Source of the DNA: Vitreimonas sp.
GTDB lineage: Bacteria > Patescibacteriota > Microgenomatia > UBA1400 > PJMF01
DNA: 64,000 bases
Direction of reading: 5' to 3'
Assembly: GCA_035627515.1 (NCBI GenBank)
Contig: DASPLQ010000012.1
Span: 567,558 to 631,557, forward strand
Part shown: positions 1 through 9,628 of the stretch, piece by piece
Position numbering within the stretch: position 1 is the stretch's first letter
How the letters are laid out: each line of letters opens with the position of its first letter
Translations under genes and position numbers: made by a program
Notes under the pieces: model-generated
What the model saw: the letters and a program-made list of their open reading frames with translations, nothing else
Database searches by the model: none
Told to the model about the DNA's origin: nothing

Positions 1-102
1 ACTCCCAAGCAGCTGTCTGAGTTTTCACTGAAGCTTTATAGCGATCCTAGTTATGCAGCCGTGAAGAAGCAAATCGATGCTGGCATTGCAAACTGTCAGT
101 AG
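1..102 (+). CDS. 3' end of a hypothetical protein (partial at the window edge)
   Basis: Open frame from the window start to TAG at 100-102; no recognisable motif. Confidence 0.3.
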   Translation, partial: TPKQLSEFSLKLYSDPSYAAVKKQIDAGIANCQ

Positions 103-110
103 GTTACTAT

Positions 111-551
111 ATGCGCCTATGGAGTCTTCATCCCAGTTATCTAGATACTAAAGGGTTACTGGCGGTATGGAGAGAAGGGTTGTTGGCCTTACACGTTTTA
201 AGAGGGCAGACCAAAGGTTATACTAATCATCCTCAGTTAATTCGCTTTAAAAATCATCCGCAACCTATAGCCGCTGTCTCCACCTATTTACATGCCATTG
301 TCGATGAAGCCGAGCGCAGAAACTTTTCATTTAATAGAGAAAAATTGGAATCACGATCCCGGTTGGATCCGCTCACTGTCACTACTGGCCAGTTGCAGTA
401 CGAGACACAACACCTCAAAAATAAGTTACAGCTAAGAGATCAAAACAGATTCTTTCAATACGAATCAATCACTCAGCTCGATGTTCATCCTTTGTTTATA
501 AAGGTGCCTGGAGAAATAGAAGTGTGGGAAAAAGTGGGTATAATAAGGTAA
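111..551 (+). CDS. pyrimidine dimer DNA glycosylase / endonuclease V-like protein
   Basis: N-terminus MRLWSLHPSYLDTKGLLAVWREGLLA matches the conserved start of the bacterial Pyr_excise family, as recalled from memory. Confidence 0.5.
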   Translation: MRLWSLHPSYLDTKGLLAVWREGLLALHVLRGQTKGYTNHPQLIRFKNHPQPIAAVSTYLHAIVDEAERRNFSFNREKLESRSRLDPLTVTTGQLQYETQHLKNKLQLRDQNRFFQYESITQLDVHPLFIKVPGEIEVWEKVGIIR

Positions 552-559
552 GGAACACT

Positions 560-871
560 ATGTTTAACATCAACACCTTTTGGTTTGAAATCGCGATGGT
601 GAGTAGTATTTTTGCTTTAGGCAATGTTTTTTTTGGGCATTTTGAGGAACGGACGCCAAAACTCAAAAAAGTACTTAAATTTTTACTGTTTAACTTGATC
701 ACGGTTAGTATTTCTGCCTTCTTTGGGAGGACCTGGACGGTGGCTTTTTATGTGCTGATGACGCTAGGTGTAGTTTATATTCATGGTTTTTGGCTACCGA
801 GTAAAGGCATTAACGGCCTGACAGGTGAACCGAAAGATAAATACTATAAATTGCGTGGCTGGAAAAAGTAG
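560..871 (+). CDS. small integral membrane protein
   Basis: Three hydrophobic helices; internal ATG 560 (MFNIN...) preferred because it avoids overlap with the upstream gene; AAGGAA 8 nt upstream. Confidence 0.4.
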   Translation: MFNINTFWFEIAMVSSIFALGNVFFGHFEERTPKLKKVLKFLLFNLITVSISAFFGRTWTVAFYVLMTLGVVYIHGFWLPSKGINGLTGEPKDKYYKLRGWKK

Positions 872-930
872 CGGGAAGATTCTTACATTTTTCTTGCTCA
901 CTAAATTGCTCAGTAGGTTAGAATTTCGTC

Positions 931-1191
931 ATGAAAAAATCAAGTATTTTATTGCTAATAGGTGTGGTTCTGTTGGGCGTTGCTTTTTTATATGGTGGTG
1001 TGGTCGCCGGTCCACCGGGGCCAACTGACCCTTTTACCCCGCCTGAAGTAATAAAGCGAGAAAATACTGAAATATTAATCACACAATTTTTATTATTACT
1101 GAGCTTAGTACTAATTGGTGGAAGTATAGTCTGGAAAATGATTGAGTGGAGTGGAAAGTTATGGCGGAGAAACGCTGATCACAATAAATAA
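931..1191 (+). CDS. small secreted/membrane protein (signal peptide plus C-terminal TM)
   Basis: N-terminal MKKSSILLLIGVVLLGVAFL signal-like segment and a second hydrophobic helix. Confidence 0.4.
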   Translation: MKKSSILLLIGVVLLGVAFLYGGVVAGPPGPTDPFTPPEVIKRENTEILITQFLLLLSLVLIGGSIVWKMIEWSGKLWRRNADHNK

Positions 1192-1206
1192 TTTCATATC
1201 AACATA

Positions 1207-1235
1207 TTAACATAATAACATACATGTGCTACAAT
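1207..1235 (+). promoter_or_regulatory. sigma70-type promoter (-35 TTAACA, 17 bp spacer, -10 TACAAT) upstream of gene 1265
   Basis: Hexamers visible in sequence; followed by AAAGGAGG RBS at 1253-1260. Confidence 0.4.
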
Positions 1236-1264
1236 CCTCCTACAAATTTAATAAAGGAGGAGTT

Positions 1265-1891
1265 ATGGTATCTAAAATAGAAAGAGACCTGAATGACGAT
1301 GAAGAAAGACGTCGTCAAGAACAGCTCGAGCAATTTAGGAAAGCTCAACAGTTAAGAGCGCAACAAGATGAAGCCAGCCGTTTAAAACAACTAGCAACTG
1401 ATCAAGAGCGTATAAGGCAAGCACAAGCAAATCCTTTATATGCAGAATTTTTAGCCGTGCCTGATGACATAGAATTAATGAATTGTTTGACAACAGTTAG
1501 AAACAGGAATCCAGAAATTTATTACTTTATTAAAGAGCCGCGGCCGATACAGGCCACCGCAGCTGAGCCATTAGGCAGAGTAGTTGTCAAAATTAACTAT
1601 AAAGATGGCACCCAGCGAGATTTCATCACCATTCGTTATGAAGAAGGTCTTATTCAGGTTGGATCTACATCACAAAAAAAGAGCAGTTTGCGTTTTTCAG
1701 TCACAGGTCCATATTCGCGGATGGAAGAATATGATGAAGTCACTGATGCGGGTAAGAGTGACGTTTATACAATGAGGGTATTTAGTGTAACCACTTTAGA
1801 TTTTGATTCATCATCACGGCTGATGGCTTTTATTCTCAGTGATCCATGGATTGCCAAAAAATTTGACGTAGTGCCACCTCAGAGATGGTAG
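1265..1891 (+). CDS. hypothetical protein with charged coiled-coil N-terminus
   Basis: ATG 1265 lies 5 nt after a perfect AAAGGAGG RBS; the track ORF begins at an upstream GTG 1226, but the RBS supports 1265; N-terminal E/R/Q-rich heptads. Confidence 0.5.
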   Translation: MVSKIERDLNDDEERRRQEQLEQFRKAQQLRAQQDEASRLKQLATDQERIRQAQANPLYAEFLAVPDDIELMNCLTTVRNRNPEIYYFIKEPRPIQATAAEPLGRVVVKINYKDGTQRDFITIRYEEGLIQVGSTSQKKSSLRFSVTGPYSRMEEYDEVTDAGKSDVYTMRVFSVTTLDFDSSSRLMAFILSDPWIAKKFDVVPPQRW

Positions 1892-1902
1892 AATGAAGAG
1901 CT

Positions 1903-2574
1903 GTGAAAAAAGCTTTTCAACAATTGGTTTTACACTTTAACCATGCACGATCGATAGTAAGTAAGTCATCTTGGCAAACAAAGCTTTTACTATCTGCCAT
2001 CATTATTTTAGCCCTCATTAACTATCAGTTAGCTAAGCTCACTCAGCGCTTGATGATAGCTGTGTATCCCAGTTGGTCATACCATCTGACCATTTCTGTG
2101 CCATGGTTTTTGATTTGTTTTCTTCCCGCGGCAGCTCAGTATCGTTACTCAGGTCTGGAAATAAATCGCCAGCAGTTTCTAAAAAAGTGGCCAGAAATCA
2201 TTGGTTCATTTTTGTTAATTATGATCGGCTTGGTTGTATTTGTATTATTAGGGGTGACGGCCTTCTTTCATAACGTCAAATCGCCGCTCATTTTCTTTTT
2301 GGTGACGCCGATAGTGGAAGAGTTGTTGTTTCGAGGGTGGATATATGGCCAATTAGAAAAGTATAAGCTGTATCCAATAATGGGTTCAGCGATGTTATTT
2401 GGTTTACATCACCTTCAATATTTTGGATACCGACCCACCCCGTTTGCATTATTTCAAATTACGTACACTTTGTTATTGGGTTTATTTTTTGGAGTGATGC
2501 GCAAGAAAAGTGGCAGTATCTATCCATCCCTAGTAACACACATCATTATTAATTGGGTGACAGTGTATTTTTAA
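1903..2574 (+). CDS. CPBP-family intramembrane metalloprotease (CAAX protease/Abi-like)
   Basis: Multi-TM protein with EELLFRG and a downstream LFGLHHL motif typical of the CPBP/Abi family. Confidence 0.6.
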   Translation: MKKAFQQLVLHFNHARSIVSKSSWQTKLLLSAIIILALINYQLAKLTQRLMIAVYPSWSYHLTISVPWFLICFLPAAAQYRYSGLEINRQQFLKKWPEIIGSFLLIMIGLVVFVLLGVTAFFHNVKSPLIFFLVTPIVEELLFRGWIYGQLEKYKLYPIMGSAMLFGLHHLQYFGYRPTPFALFQITYTLLLGLFFGVMRKKSGSIYPSLVTHIIINWVTVYF

Positions 2575-2589
2575 AGTTAAGCTAGAGAA

Positions 2590-2598
2590 TGATATAAT
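2590..2598 (+). promoter_or_regulatory. extended -10 element TGaTATAAT
   Basis: TGnTATAAT match about 36 nt upstream of ATG 2634. Confidence 0.35.
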
Positions 2599-2633
2599 TT
2601 ATACTTATTTATTGCGTATAAGTTAATTTTTCT

Positions 2634-3506
2634 ATGGCTGCTGAACACCTTAAAATCCAGTTTGGGGACTCTCGAGATCAGCTTTTATTTAAGAAGGTCC
2701 AAACTACTCCCGCTACTCAGCGCGTCATTTTAGCTGGCGGATGCCCTTCGTATACAGAAGTGGCGAAAAGTTATCCCAACCAAAGTACAAAATCGGGTTT
2801 AAAAATTGCCAGTTTTACTCCAGGAGGAGAAAAAACAGGTCCCTATGCTCGCAAACTGCGTCGATTGGCAGCTCATTTTAATGATGGAACGCCTTTAACC
2901 ATCGACGCTTATATTTCTGACTGGGTACCACTACTCAGTATTTTTGCAGCTGAAAACCAACTCTTTTTAACTGAGTGGTTAGCGGATCGCTATCATCTCC
3001 GCCCTTCCCAATTACAGCATTTAATAAAGGGTATTCTAAATAATAATGTGCAATCTTCAGCAGATGAGATCAATCACGCCACTCAAGAAAGTGTGGAGGC
3101 CATACAAGACCAACTCCAGGATAAATTTCCGATGCAGACACTGTCACATAGCCGCGAGCTTGTTCGGGCTTTTAACCCCTCTTTGACAGAAGCACAGCTT
3201 GATAGTATCAGAAATGATCTAAAAGTACTGATCAAAGCTGTTTTTATTGGTTTAGAAAGATTTAATAAAGACTGGATCATGAGGCCGAACGCTTCAGAAG
3301 GCATTTGGAAACATATTTACCGGACTGATTTTGAGTTACTGCCTGCAGCGCGGTATGGAAAGAATCCAGGCCAACAAGTGGTTTTTTTGAGTTTGCCCAA
3401 GTTAGATAAGAACCCCCACCGTCCTCAACTTACTGCTGGAGCGGAGGAGCGATTGGATCCCCAGACACCAGTCATATTAGATATCCAAGCCTCAATTAGT
3501 TTATAA
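2634..3506 (+). CDS. hypothetical protein
   Basis: 290-aa ORF with no recognisable motif; stop overlaps the next start (TAATG). Confidence 0.45.
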   Translation: MAAEHLKIQFGDSRDQLLFKKVQTTPATQRVILAGGCPSYTEVAKSYPNQSTKSGLKIASFTPGGEKTGPYARKLRRLAAHFNDGTPLTIDAYISDWVPLLSIFAAENQLFLTEWLADRYHLRPSQLQHLIKGILNNNVQSSADEINHATQESVEAIQDQLQDKFPMQTLSHSRELVRAFNPSLTEAQLDSIRNDLKVLIKAVFIGLERFNKDWIMRPNASEGIWKHIYRTDFELLPAARYGKNPGQQVVFLSLPKLDKNPHRPQLTAGAEERLDPQTPVILDIQASISL

Positions 3507-5251
3507 TGCAACCACACCCTATGATGTGGTCAAACTTTCCTTTATCCGGCATCATTTTCGTGATTGCCATCTTCTTTGTTTTACCCTTTCTGGTGACTGT
3601 CGTTCTTCCAGCCTGGTTAGTACCTATGATCATGCGCTGGGTGCTGAATAGACAGCCTCGTTATGATTTACCGTCTCTAAAACCGTTCATGTTAAGCTTG
3701 ATGGGCTTAGCCATTGCGGCTAACTTTTTCTGGGATTACGTCATTTTTAATAACATTTATTATGAATGGGATCGCATTTTTTTGCCGTATACCTTTCTAT
3801 GGCATGAAACACCATCTTTAGGTATGGGGCCAAATTGGCTAGCTGACGGGTGGGAATTAAAACATTTATTTGCTGCGTGGTTACTCATAACTGTGGCCAT
3901 TTATGTGACATCAGCCCTGATTGCGGCGTACCGGGCCCGACATCACCATCATCGGGTGCGGTATCACAAAATTTTAATTGGGTCGGTATTATTGCTGAGC
4001 TTAGCTAGTTTGACCTTGCCACCCGTAGTGATGCGAGGGATTGCTTTATTATGGAATGGCCCAGCTAATCTGAATTATGAGGAAGTCAACGTCTCCTGCC
4101 GGCCATCCGAAGCGCCTCAACCACGTGTATTATTTACCAATGGCCAAGAAGAGTGGGTGACAGAACTTGATGGGTCTCATCAACGTCCCGCTTTTGATAA
4201 ACATTTGCAACTGCGTAGCATCTCGGATTATTTGTCGCCTGATGACTCAATGGCAGCCATTTTATGGGGACAGGACCTGTGGATTTATTGTCTCAACACT
4301 GAGGGAGCACTCAAGATTTCACTGCCCGTCTTTGATAAATTATATGGTCCAGGGGCACCACGAAGCTTCCCATCGTGGTCACCGGATGGTACAGAAATGG
4401 CGATGAATAACAAGGGCGATTTACTACTCATTAATCTGGCCAGTAAAACTACCCAGGTGCTAAAAGCTCAAATCGCGTGGCGAGATAACCACGTCGATTT
4501 GCGTTCTAAAAATCGCGATAAGATGTTAGCGCCATATGAATATGGTGATGCCTATTGGAGCCGAGATAATTTTATTTACTACACTCGTTTTGAAGGTGAT
4601 ACCGTGAAGCTTAACAAGCTTAATCCCACCACTAATGAAGAGCAAACCGTATATGAGGCAGCGCACCCCATTTATATCAATGGTGGTAGTCCCACTGGGG
4701 AGTGGTTAGCTCTGTCTGAGTATGATTGGTCCGCACAGCGTTCAACTACCTCACCGCTGAATAAAAAAGTACTGCTGAATACGAAAACGCTGGCTTTATT
4801 AACTGAGTTTCCCACTGGTCCCCAACCAGATTTTGGGGTGCCGCTAGGGGAGATCATTTGGTCACCATCGGGTAAGTACATGGCTCAAAACCACGGGAAT
4901 ATGCTGCAAACCAGTGGCTTTGAAGGTCCCTCAGTGCCGGTAGTGAGTTTTGAGGAAGAACATTATTACTCTGTGACTTACAAAGTGGATACTGCCCTCG
5001 GTAAAAAAGGTATTGTTTTAGATGGAGAGACCTTAGCGGTGGAGCTGAAAGATTTTGTAGATGACACGCATGTGTTAGTTAAAATTATTATTACTGAAGG
5101 TTCATTGATGAACCGAGCTGGCCAACCTCGCCAAATCAATGCTATCTTGGATATTAAGGCGGAAGAAATGCAGATTTTGCATGATTACCCTTATCGCAGT
5201 TTTGATGAACCATCAGTTGCGCGTTTAGAGCCACTAGCAGTAATTAGGTAG
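3506..5251 (+). CDS. membrane-anchored beta-propeller protein (PD40/TolB-like repeats)
   Basis: About five N-terminal TM helices and a His-rich loop; C-terminal repeats such as SWSPDGTEMA and IIWSPSGKYMA typical of PD40/WD40-like propellers. Confidence 0.5.
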   Translation: MQPHPMMWSNFPLSGIIFVIAIFFVLPFLVTVVLPAWLVPMIMRWVLNRQPRYDLPSLKPFMLSLMGLAIAANFFWDYVIFNNIYYEWDRIFLPYTFLWHETPSLGMGPNWLADGWELKHLFAAWLLITVAIYVTSALIAAYRARHHHHRVRYHKILIGSVLLLSLASLTLPPVVMRGIALLWNGPANLNYEEVNVSCRPSEAPQPRVLFTNGQEEWVTELDGSHQRPAFDKHLQLRSISDYLSPDDSMAAILWGQDLWIYCLNTEGALKISLPVFDKLYGPGAPRSFPSWSPDGTEMAMNNKGDLLLINLASKTTQVLKAQIAWRDNHVDLRSKNRDKMLAPYEYGDAYWSRDNFIYYTRFEGDTVKLNKLNPTTNEEQTVYEAAHPIYINGGSPTGEWLALSEYDWSAQRSTTSPLNKKVLLNTKTLALLTEFPTGPQPDFGVPLGEIIWSPSGKYMAQNHGNMLQTSGFEGPSVPVVSFEEEHYYSVTYKVDTALGKKGIVLDGETLAVELKDFVDDTHVLVKIIITEGSLMNRAGQPRQINAILDIKAEEMQILHDYPYRSFDEPSVARLEPLAVIR

Positions 5252-5257
5252 CAGCTC

Positions 5258-6466
5258 ATGGTAACTACACTTTTTCCCTTCTCACATCTTCGCAACATCG
5301 CGTTGTTTTATGTCTTGAGCGCTGTCTACAACGCGTGGGTAGTGGCTGGGGTGTGGGTATTTGTGTGGGGACGATTCATGACTAAGACCCAAATTGGAGT
5401 TTCTGATGCCTTTACCTTTGCGATTGGTTTTTTGGTGGAGTTACCTTCGGGGGTGATGGCCGATATCATCGGTCGCAAAAAGGCAATTGTGATTGGCAAT
5501 GTGCTGTTAATGGTGGGTAATCTGTTGATTGCTGTCAGTAGCTCTTTTTTTAGCATTACGGGCTGGTATTTAGTCTGGACAATCGGGTATGCATTTCAAT
5601 CAGGAGCCACTGAAGCGTTAGCCTACGACACTCTGCGCCAGGCTGGTCACGAAAAAGAGTGGTCCCGAGTGATGGCAACTGCCATGACGATCTCACGTAT
5701 TTCGACTCTAGTTTCTACTGCCGCCGGTGGGTACTTGTTTATGTACTGGTTCAGGTTGCCATACCTTGTGTTTGGTTTAATTAGCATTATTGGCGTGTTA
5801 GCAGCGTTATCACTCAAAGAAATCAAAGTCTCTAAAGTCATTAATACATGGTCATGGCGCAGTTATGTGACTCAAATCAAAGATGGGGTGGCGGTGTTAG
5901 TGCGGCCACAGATTTTACCGATTGCCCTCGTGTCACTGACAATGATGGGCATTGGGTATATGTATAACTGGGGCTTAGTGAGACCGCTGACCGGAGAGCG
6001 CTTTGGCTATACACCAGAAGCGTACTCTTTGTTATTAGGAGTGATCTCAGTTGCCGGCATCATTGCTTTGACTGTGTTTACTCGTCTCCAACATCGTTTT
6101 AAAACTGAGCTTTCGATCCTGATTCTAGCTTTAGCTTATGCTCTCAACTTCGCGTTATTAAGTGGGTCTTATCACTGGCTAATCGGTGGAGGCGTGATGA
6201 TATCATTAGCCGTCTGGTTGCTGTATATCGATGTCTTATTTTCACAATTTATAAACCTCCACACTCGGGAAGAGCACCGGGCTACAACCTTGTCGACTGT
6301 CGCTCTCTTCACGCGGCTGCCATATGTGGTGTTGGCGATAGTGATTGGTCGGTTAGCTGATAATAATCTGGTGGCACTCTATACTTTGACAGTCGGATGT
6401 GTGGGCATTATGGTTTGGATAGTAGCACTGGCTTTATATTGGAGATCAAGAAAACTTACGTCTTAA
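5258..6466 (+). CDS. MFS transporter
   Basis: 12-TM topology; MADIIGRKKAIVIGNVLLMVG resembles the MFS loop 2-3 signature. Confidence 0.6.
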   Translation: MVTTLFPFSHLRNIALFYVLSAVYNAWVVAGVWVFVWGRFMTKTQIGVSDAFTFAIGFLVELPSGVMADIIGRKKAIVIGNVLLMVGNLLIAVSSSFFSITGWYLVWTIGYAFQSGATEALAYDTLRQAGHEKEWSRVMATAMTISRISTLVSTAAGGYLFMYWFRLPYLVFGLISIIGVLAALSLKEIKVSKVINTWSWRSYVTQIKDGVAVLVRPQILPIALVSLTMMGIGYMYNWGLVRPLTGERFGYTPEAYSLLLGVISVAGIIALTVFTRLQHRFKTELSILILALAYALNFALLSGSYHWLIGGGVMISLAVWLLYIDVLFSQFINLHTREEHRATTLSTVALFTRLPYVVLAIVIGRLADNNLVALYTLTVGCVGIMVWIVALALYWRSRKLTS

Positions 6467-6819
6467 AACAACACTTTTTTCCACTCCTGCCAGGCAGATG
6501 GGCTAGGAGTAGGTTGAGCTTGATTTTCAGTTACCGCCACTTCTGGCAGCTGAATGACATACTCTCCTGGTTTTTGCATCAATAGCTCATTACGAATAAT
6601 TTTTTCTTGTGTCAGTGATGTTTCTGCCTGGTTGAGGCGAGCTTCGAGCTCAGAAACTTCACTTGCCATTTTTACATTTTCTTGTTCTAATACGCCTATA
6701 GCTTCGGAAGAACTTCGTGTTTTCTCCAGAGTTTTATATAAAGACATCAAAATAAACAACGTGCTGAAGAGGACGATCAAAAGTGTCAGAGGGTGTTTTA
6801 AGACCGCTACCATTGCCAA
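6463..6819 (-). CDS. septum formation initiator family protein (FtsB/DivIC-like)
   Basis: Single N-terminal TM, coiled coil, and a conserved C-terminal IRNELLMQKPGEYVIQLP motif. Confidence 0.5.
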   Translation of the reverse strand: MAMVAVLKHPLTLLIVLFSTLFILMSLYKTLEKTRSSSEAIGVLEQENVKMASEVSELEARLNQAETSLTQEKIIRNELLMQKPGEYVIQLPEVAVTENQAQPTPSPSAWQEWKKVLF

Positions 6820-6932
6820 AAATCCCTAAATATGATATTATAAGCCCTTACAAGGCAATATTAATCTAAAAAAAGAGACGTTTTTGCCTTGAGGTTATAT
6901 TAAGCCTACCTAAAATTGATCTAAAAAACCAT

Positions 6933-7796
6933 ATGCATATTTTACGCGACGCCTTACTCAGCTTTACCCAAAGCCTTCGCGATGCTGGCAAAGCCAATGC
7001 TACTGTCATTGCTTATAGTAAGGATATCGAGCAGCTCATCGATTACTTGTCTACCCAAGGTAAAACTGAGGCGGCTCAAGTCACTTCTGATGACATTGAT
7101 CAGTTCAAAGAAACTCTCAAAAAACAACGCTATACCAGCAAATCTATCTCACGCAAAATTAACTCTATCAAAGGTTTTTTCCGTTATTTGATTACTAACT
7201 CGGTGTTGGAGGAAAATCCAGCTGAGGTCATTGTCCACCCTAAATTTGATAACTCACCACCTCGTATTTTGTCTAAGTTAGAGTACCGCGCTTTGCGCGA
7301 TGCTTGCCGTGGTGACTCACGGATGTCAGCGATTGTAGAGTTATTGCTCCAGACCGGGATGCGGATTAGTGAGTTAGCGGCTTTGCAATCCACCGATGTC
7401 GATTTTGAGCGCAATATTATGTACATCAAAGCGCAAAACTCTCGTCCGGCTCGCAAAGTACCGATGAATACCGCTGCTAAAAATGCCCTCATGGACTACT
7501 TACAAATTCGGCCTCGTGCTCGCGAAAAAACGTTGTTTTTAACTAAGACCTGTCGGCCCTTTTTAGTTCGGAACATTCGGACTGCTATTGATCGTTACTT
7601 CCGCTTGGCAGGTATCAAAGACGCTAAAGTCAATGACTTGCGCCATACGTTTATTGTGGAACAACTTAAAGCAGGCACACCGCTGGTGTATATTTCTCAA
7701 TTAGTTGGTCACAAACGTATCACGACTACCGAAAAATATCTTAAATTGATCGAAGCTCCTGACATGAATCCTCAAGTTCAAATTGAGGAACTGTAA
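6933..7796 (+). CDS. tyrosine site-specific recombinase (XerC/XerD family)
   Basis: N-terminal SAM-like core-binding domain; catalytic R...HxxR...Y pattern (LRHTF ... GHKRITTTEKYL). Confidence 0.7.
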   Translation: MHILRDALLSFTQSLRDAGKANATVIAYSKDIEQLIDYLSTQGKTEAAQVTSDDIDQFKETLKKQRYTSKSISRKINSIKGFFRYLITNSVLEENPAEVIVHPKFDNSPPRILSKLEYRALRDACRGDSRMSAIVELLLQTGMRISELAALQSTDVDFERNIMYIKAQNSRPARKVPMNTAAKNALMDYLQIRPRAREKTLFLTKTCRPFLVRNIRTAIDRYFRLAGIKDAKVNDLRHTFIVEQLKAGTPLVYISQLVGHKRITTTEKYLKLIEAPDMNPQVQIEEL

Positions 7797-7846
7797 AACA
7801 CTTCGTTAACCTTTTTCTTGAGCCAAACAAGTGATATACTCATTGA

Positions 7847-9469
7847 ATGAGTATTAACCCTCCTGAACGTCCTACTTGGCAATCACGTCAGGAAATTTTT
7901 TCGACTGAGTCTCTTGAAAGAGCAGCGGAGATAGTGGTGGCAGAAATTGCTGAGCGCATTGCCTGGCCTGATAGCTCCCGAGCGCTCCTGGAAATGATGC
8001 GTTCTGTGGCTTTGACAGAATACTTTCGAAACTTAAGCCCACTGGCAGTTCGACCAACTTATTTTTACACCCTCTTTTTCAATTTTTGGCATCAGCATCA
8101 AGATCATGAAACTGCGCTGTTAGAGATGATCAAGGCATGTAGTGATGCTCAAAATTTTTCTCATCTCGACGATATTATTGATAATCGTGATCAGCATTTG
8201 CCACATCAGATCCAAACGCCTCCTGAAGTTGAATTTGAAAAATCCTTATTAAATCATATTATGCCTTTCTTTCCAGAATATAAGGCGTATCAAGAAGATG
8301 AAAGTTTGCCACAGCTGAAACCACGACGAGTGTATAGCTATCTTTGGCAACTGGATTCTCATGATTTAGGTCAAAAGACAGGTAATTATATTAATACTTT
8401 TGCGATGCGCGATACCTGGCTGACTACAATTGCTCGTTATATAGCTGAACACCCCGATCATGATATTCCCGAAAACTATGCTGAACAGGACGATACCTAT
8501 CTCCAGAAGTTATATTATGAATTGGTGACACATCTGGGATCTTACGCCGCTCAGCAGCTGCGCGAAGCTAATGCCCGTAAATACAGTCAAGCCAATTTAT
8601 TTCCTTCGGCAATTTTAATGAGTACTTTTCAAGAAAATGGACTTTATCTTGATCCTGGCAAGACCAAACAATTGGCTCGCCAAGCCGTTGAAGATGGTGT
8701 TATTGCAGATACCTCAGAATGGATACATGAAGAAAATCATAGCGAATGGTATTACGATGTTAAGGCAATGTTGGCCTATGCCAAAGACCGAAAGCAGTTA
8801 AAAAATAAAGCTAATTTAGAGCTCATTAAACTTGGTGAAGCATATAAAGACTATGTGTTACTGGAAGAAATTCGCGCTCAATTTGAAGTAGTTGGTACTG
8901 AAATTGATAAATATATTATTCCGACTTCTGAGGAAGACCCTAGTAAAAAAAGTAATAAAGGTGTGATTAGATCGGTGCTCATTAAGGTCAAAGTAACTAA
9001 TGGCACGCAAGACCGCATCTTTAGAGCCGTCCATAGTGGTGACGTTTACCAGGTATATCTTCATTTAAAAAACATAAATGAATTTAGAGCTAGATTAAGT
9101 GTGAGCAAAACTTTTATAGAAATAAAATCCTTAAACGCTATTTTGCGTAATAACCCTGAGGCCTTTGTTAATACTACTGGCCAGGCATTAAAGGTGTCGA
9201 CAGTTCAGAGTGCTGTTAATCGTGAAAGGCAGCATGGTTACCATGTCAAATCGAAACGAATTGACGCATTGGAGCTTAATGGTAGCAGTGTTAGCGGCTG
9301 CACTTTTGTTGATTTAAACAGTTTATTTACCCGGTATCCACAACCACAGGAAACTGCTGAGGAAAGTATAAAGCAGCTATGGAATTTGTTGGATGTACTG
9401 AGAGCTAAACAGGCAGCAACAGAAAATAGCGCTATCTCAAGTGCTCAAGATGAAGCTGATTTAGATTAA
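7847..9469 (+). CDS. hypothetical protein (540 aa, cytoplasmic)
   Basis: Long ORF with no TM segment and no recognisable motif. Confidence 0.45.
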   Translation: MSINPPERPTWQSRQEIFSTESLERAAEIVVAEIAERIAWPDSSRALLEMMRSVALTEYFRNLSPLAVRPTYFYTLFFNFWHQHQDHETALLEMIKACSDAQNFSHLDDIIDNRDQHLPHQIQTPPEVEFEKSLLNHIMPFFPEYKAYQEDESLPQLKPRRVYSYLWQLDSHDLGQKTGNYINTFAMRDTWLTTIARYIAEHPDHDIPENYAEQDDTYLQKLYYELVTHLGSYAAQQLREANARKYSQANLFPSAILMSTFQENGLYLDPGKTKQLARQAVEDGVIADTSEWIHEENHSEWYYDVKAMLAYAKDRKQLKNKANLELIKLGEAYKDYVLLEEIRAQFEVVGTEIDKYIIPTSEEDPSKKSNKGVIRSVLIKVKVTNGTQDRIFRAVHSGDVYQVYLHLKNINEFRARLSVSKTFIEIKSLNAILRNNPEAFVNTTGQALKVSTVQSAVNRERQHGYHVKSKRIDALELNGSSVSGCTFVDLNSLFTRYPQPQETAEESIKQLWNLLDVLRAKQAATENSAISSAQDEADLD

Positions 9470-9507
9470 CAATTGTCTTTCTTAACTCTTTTTTATAGAA
9501 TATCCAT

Positions 9508-9558
9508 ATGTTAACCACACTTTTGACCTCCAGTGCTTGGTGGCTCTCCCAGAATTAA
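9508..9558 (+). promoter_or_regulatory. trpS leader peptide ORF (MLTTLLTSSAWWLSQN) with tandem Trp codons
   Basis: ATG 9508 ... TGG TGG 9538-9543 ... TAA 9556-9558; immediately followed by the antiterminator/terminator elements. Confidence 0.45.
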
Positions 9559-9604
9559 CCCCGGGAGAAAAGGTGGTGCAGTAAAAAATAAATGATAGAC
9601 AGAC

Positions 9605-9628
9605 AACTCCCGGCCGGGAGTTTTTTTG
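9605..9628 (+). terminator. intrinsic terminator/attenuator hairpin AACTCCC-GGCC-GGGAGTT followed by a T7 run
   Basis: Perfect 7-bp GC-rich stem, 4-nt loop and T-run, 43 nt upstream of the trpS ATG; the upstream copy CCCCGGGAG (9559-9567) can form a competing antiterminator. Confidence 0.6.
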
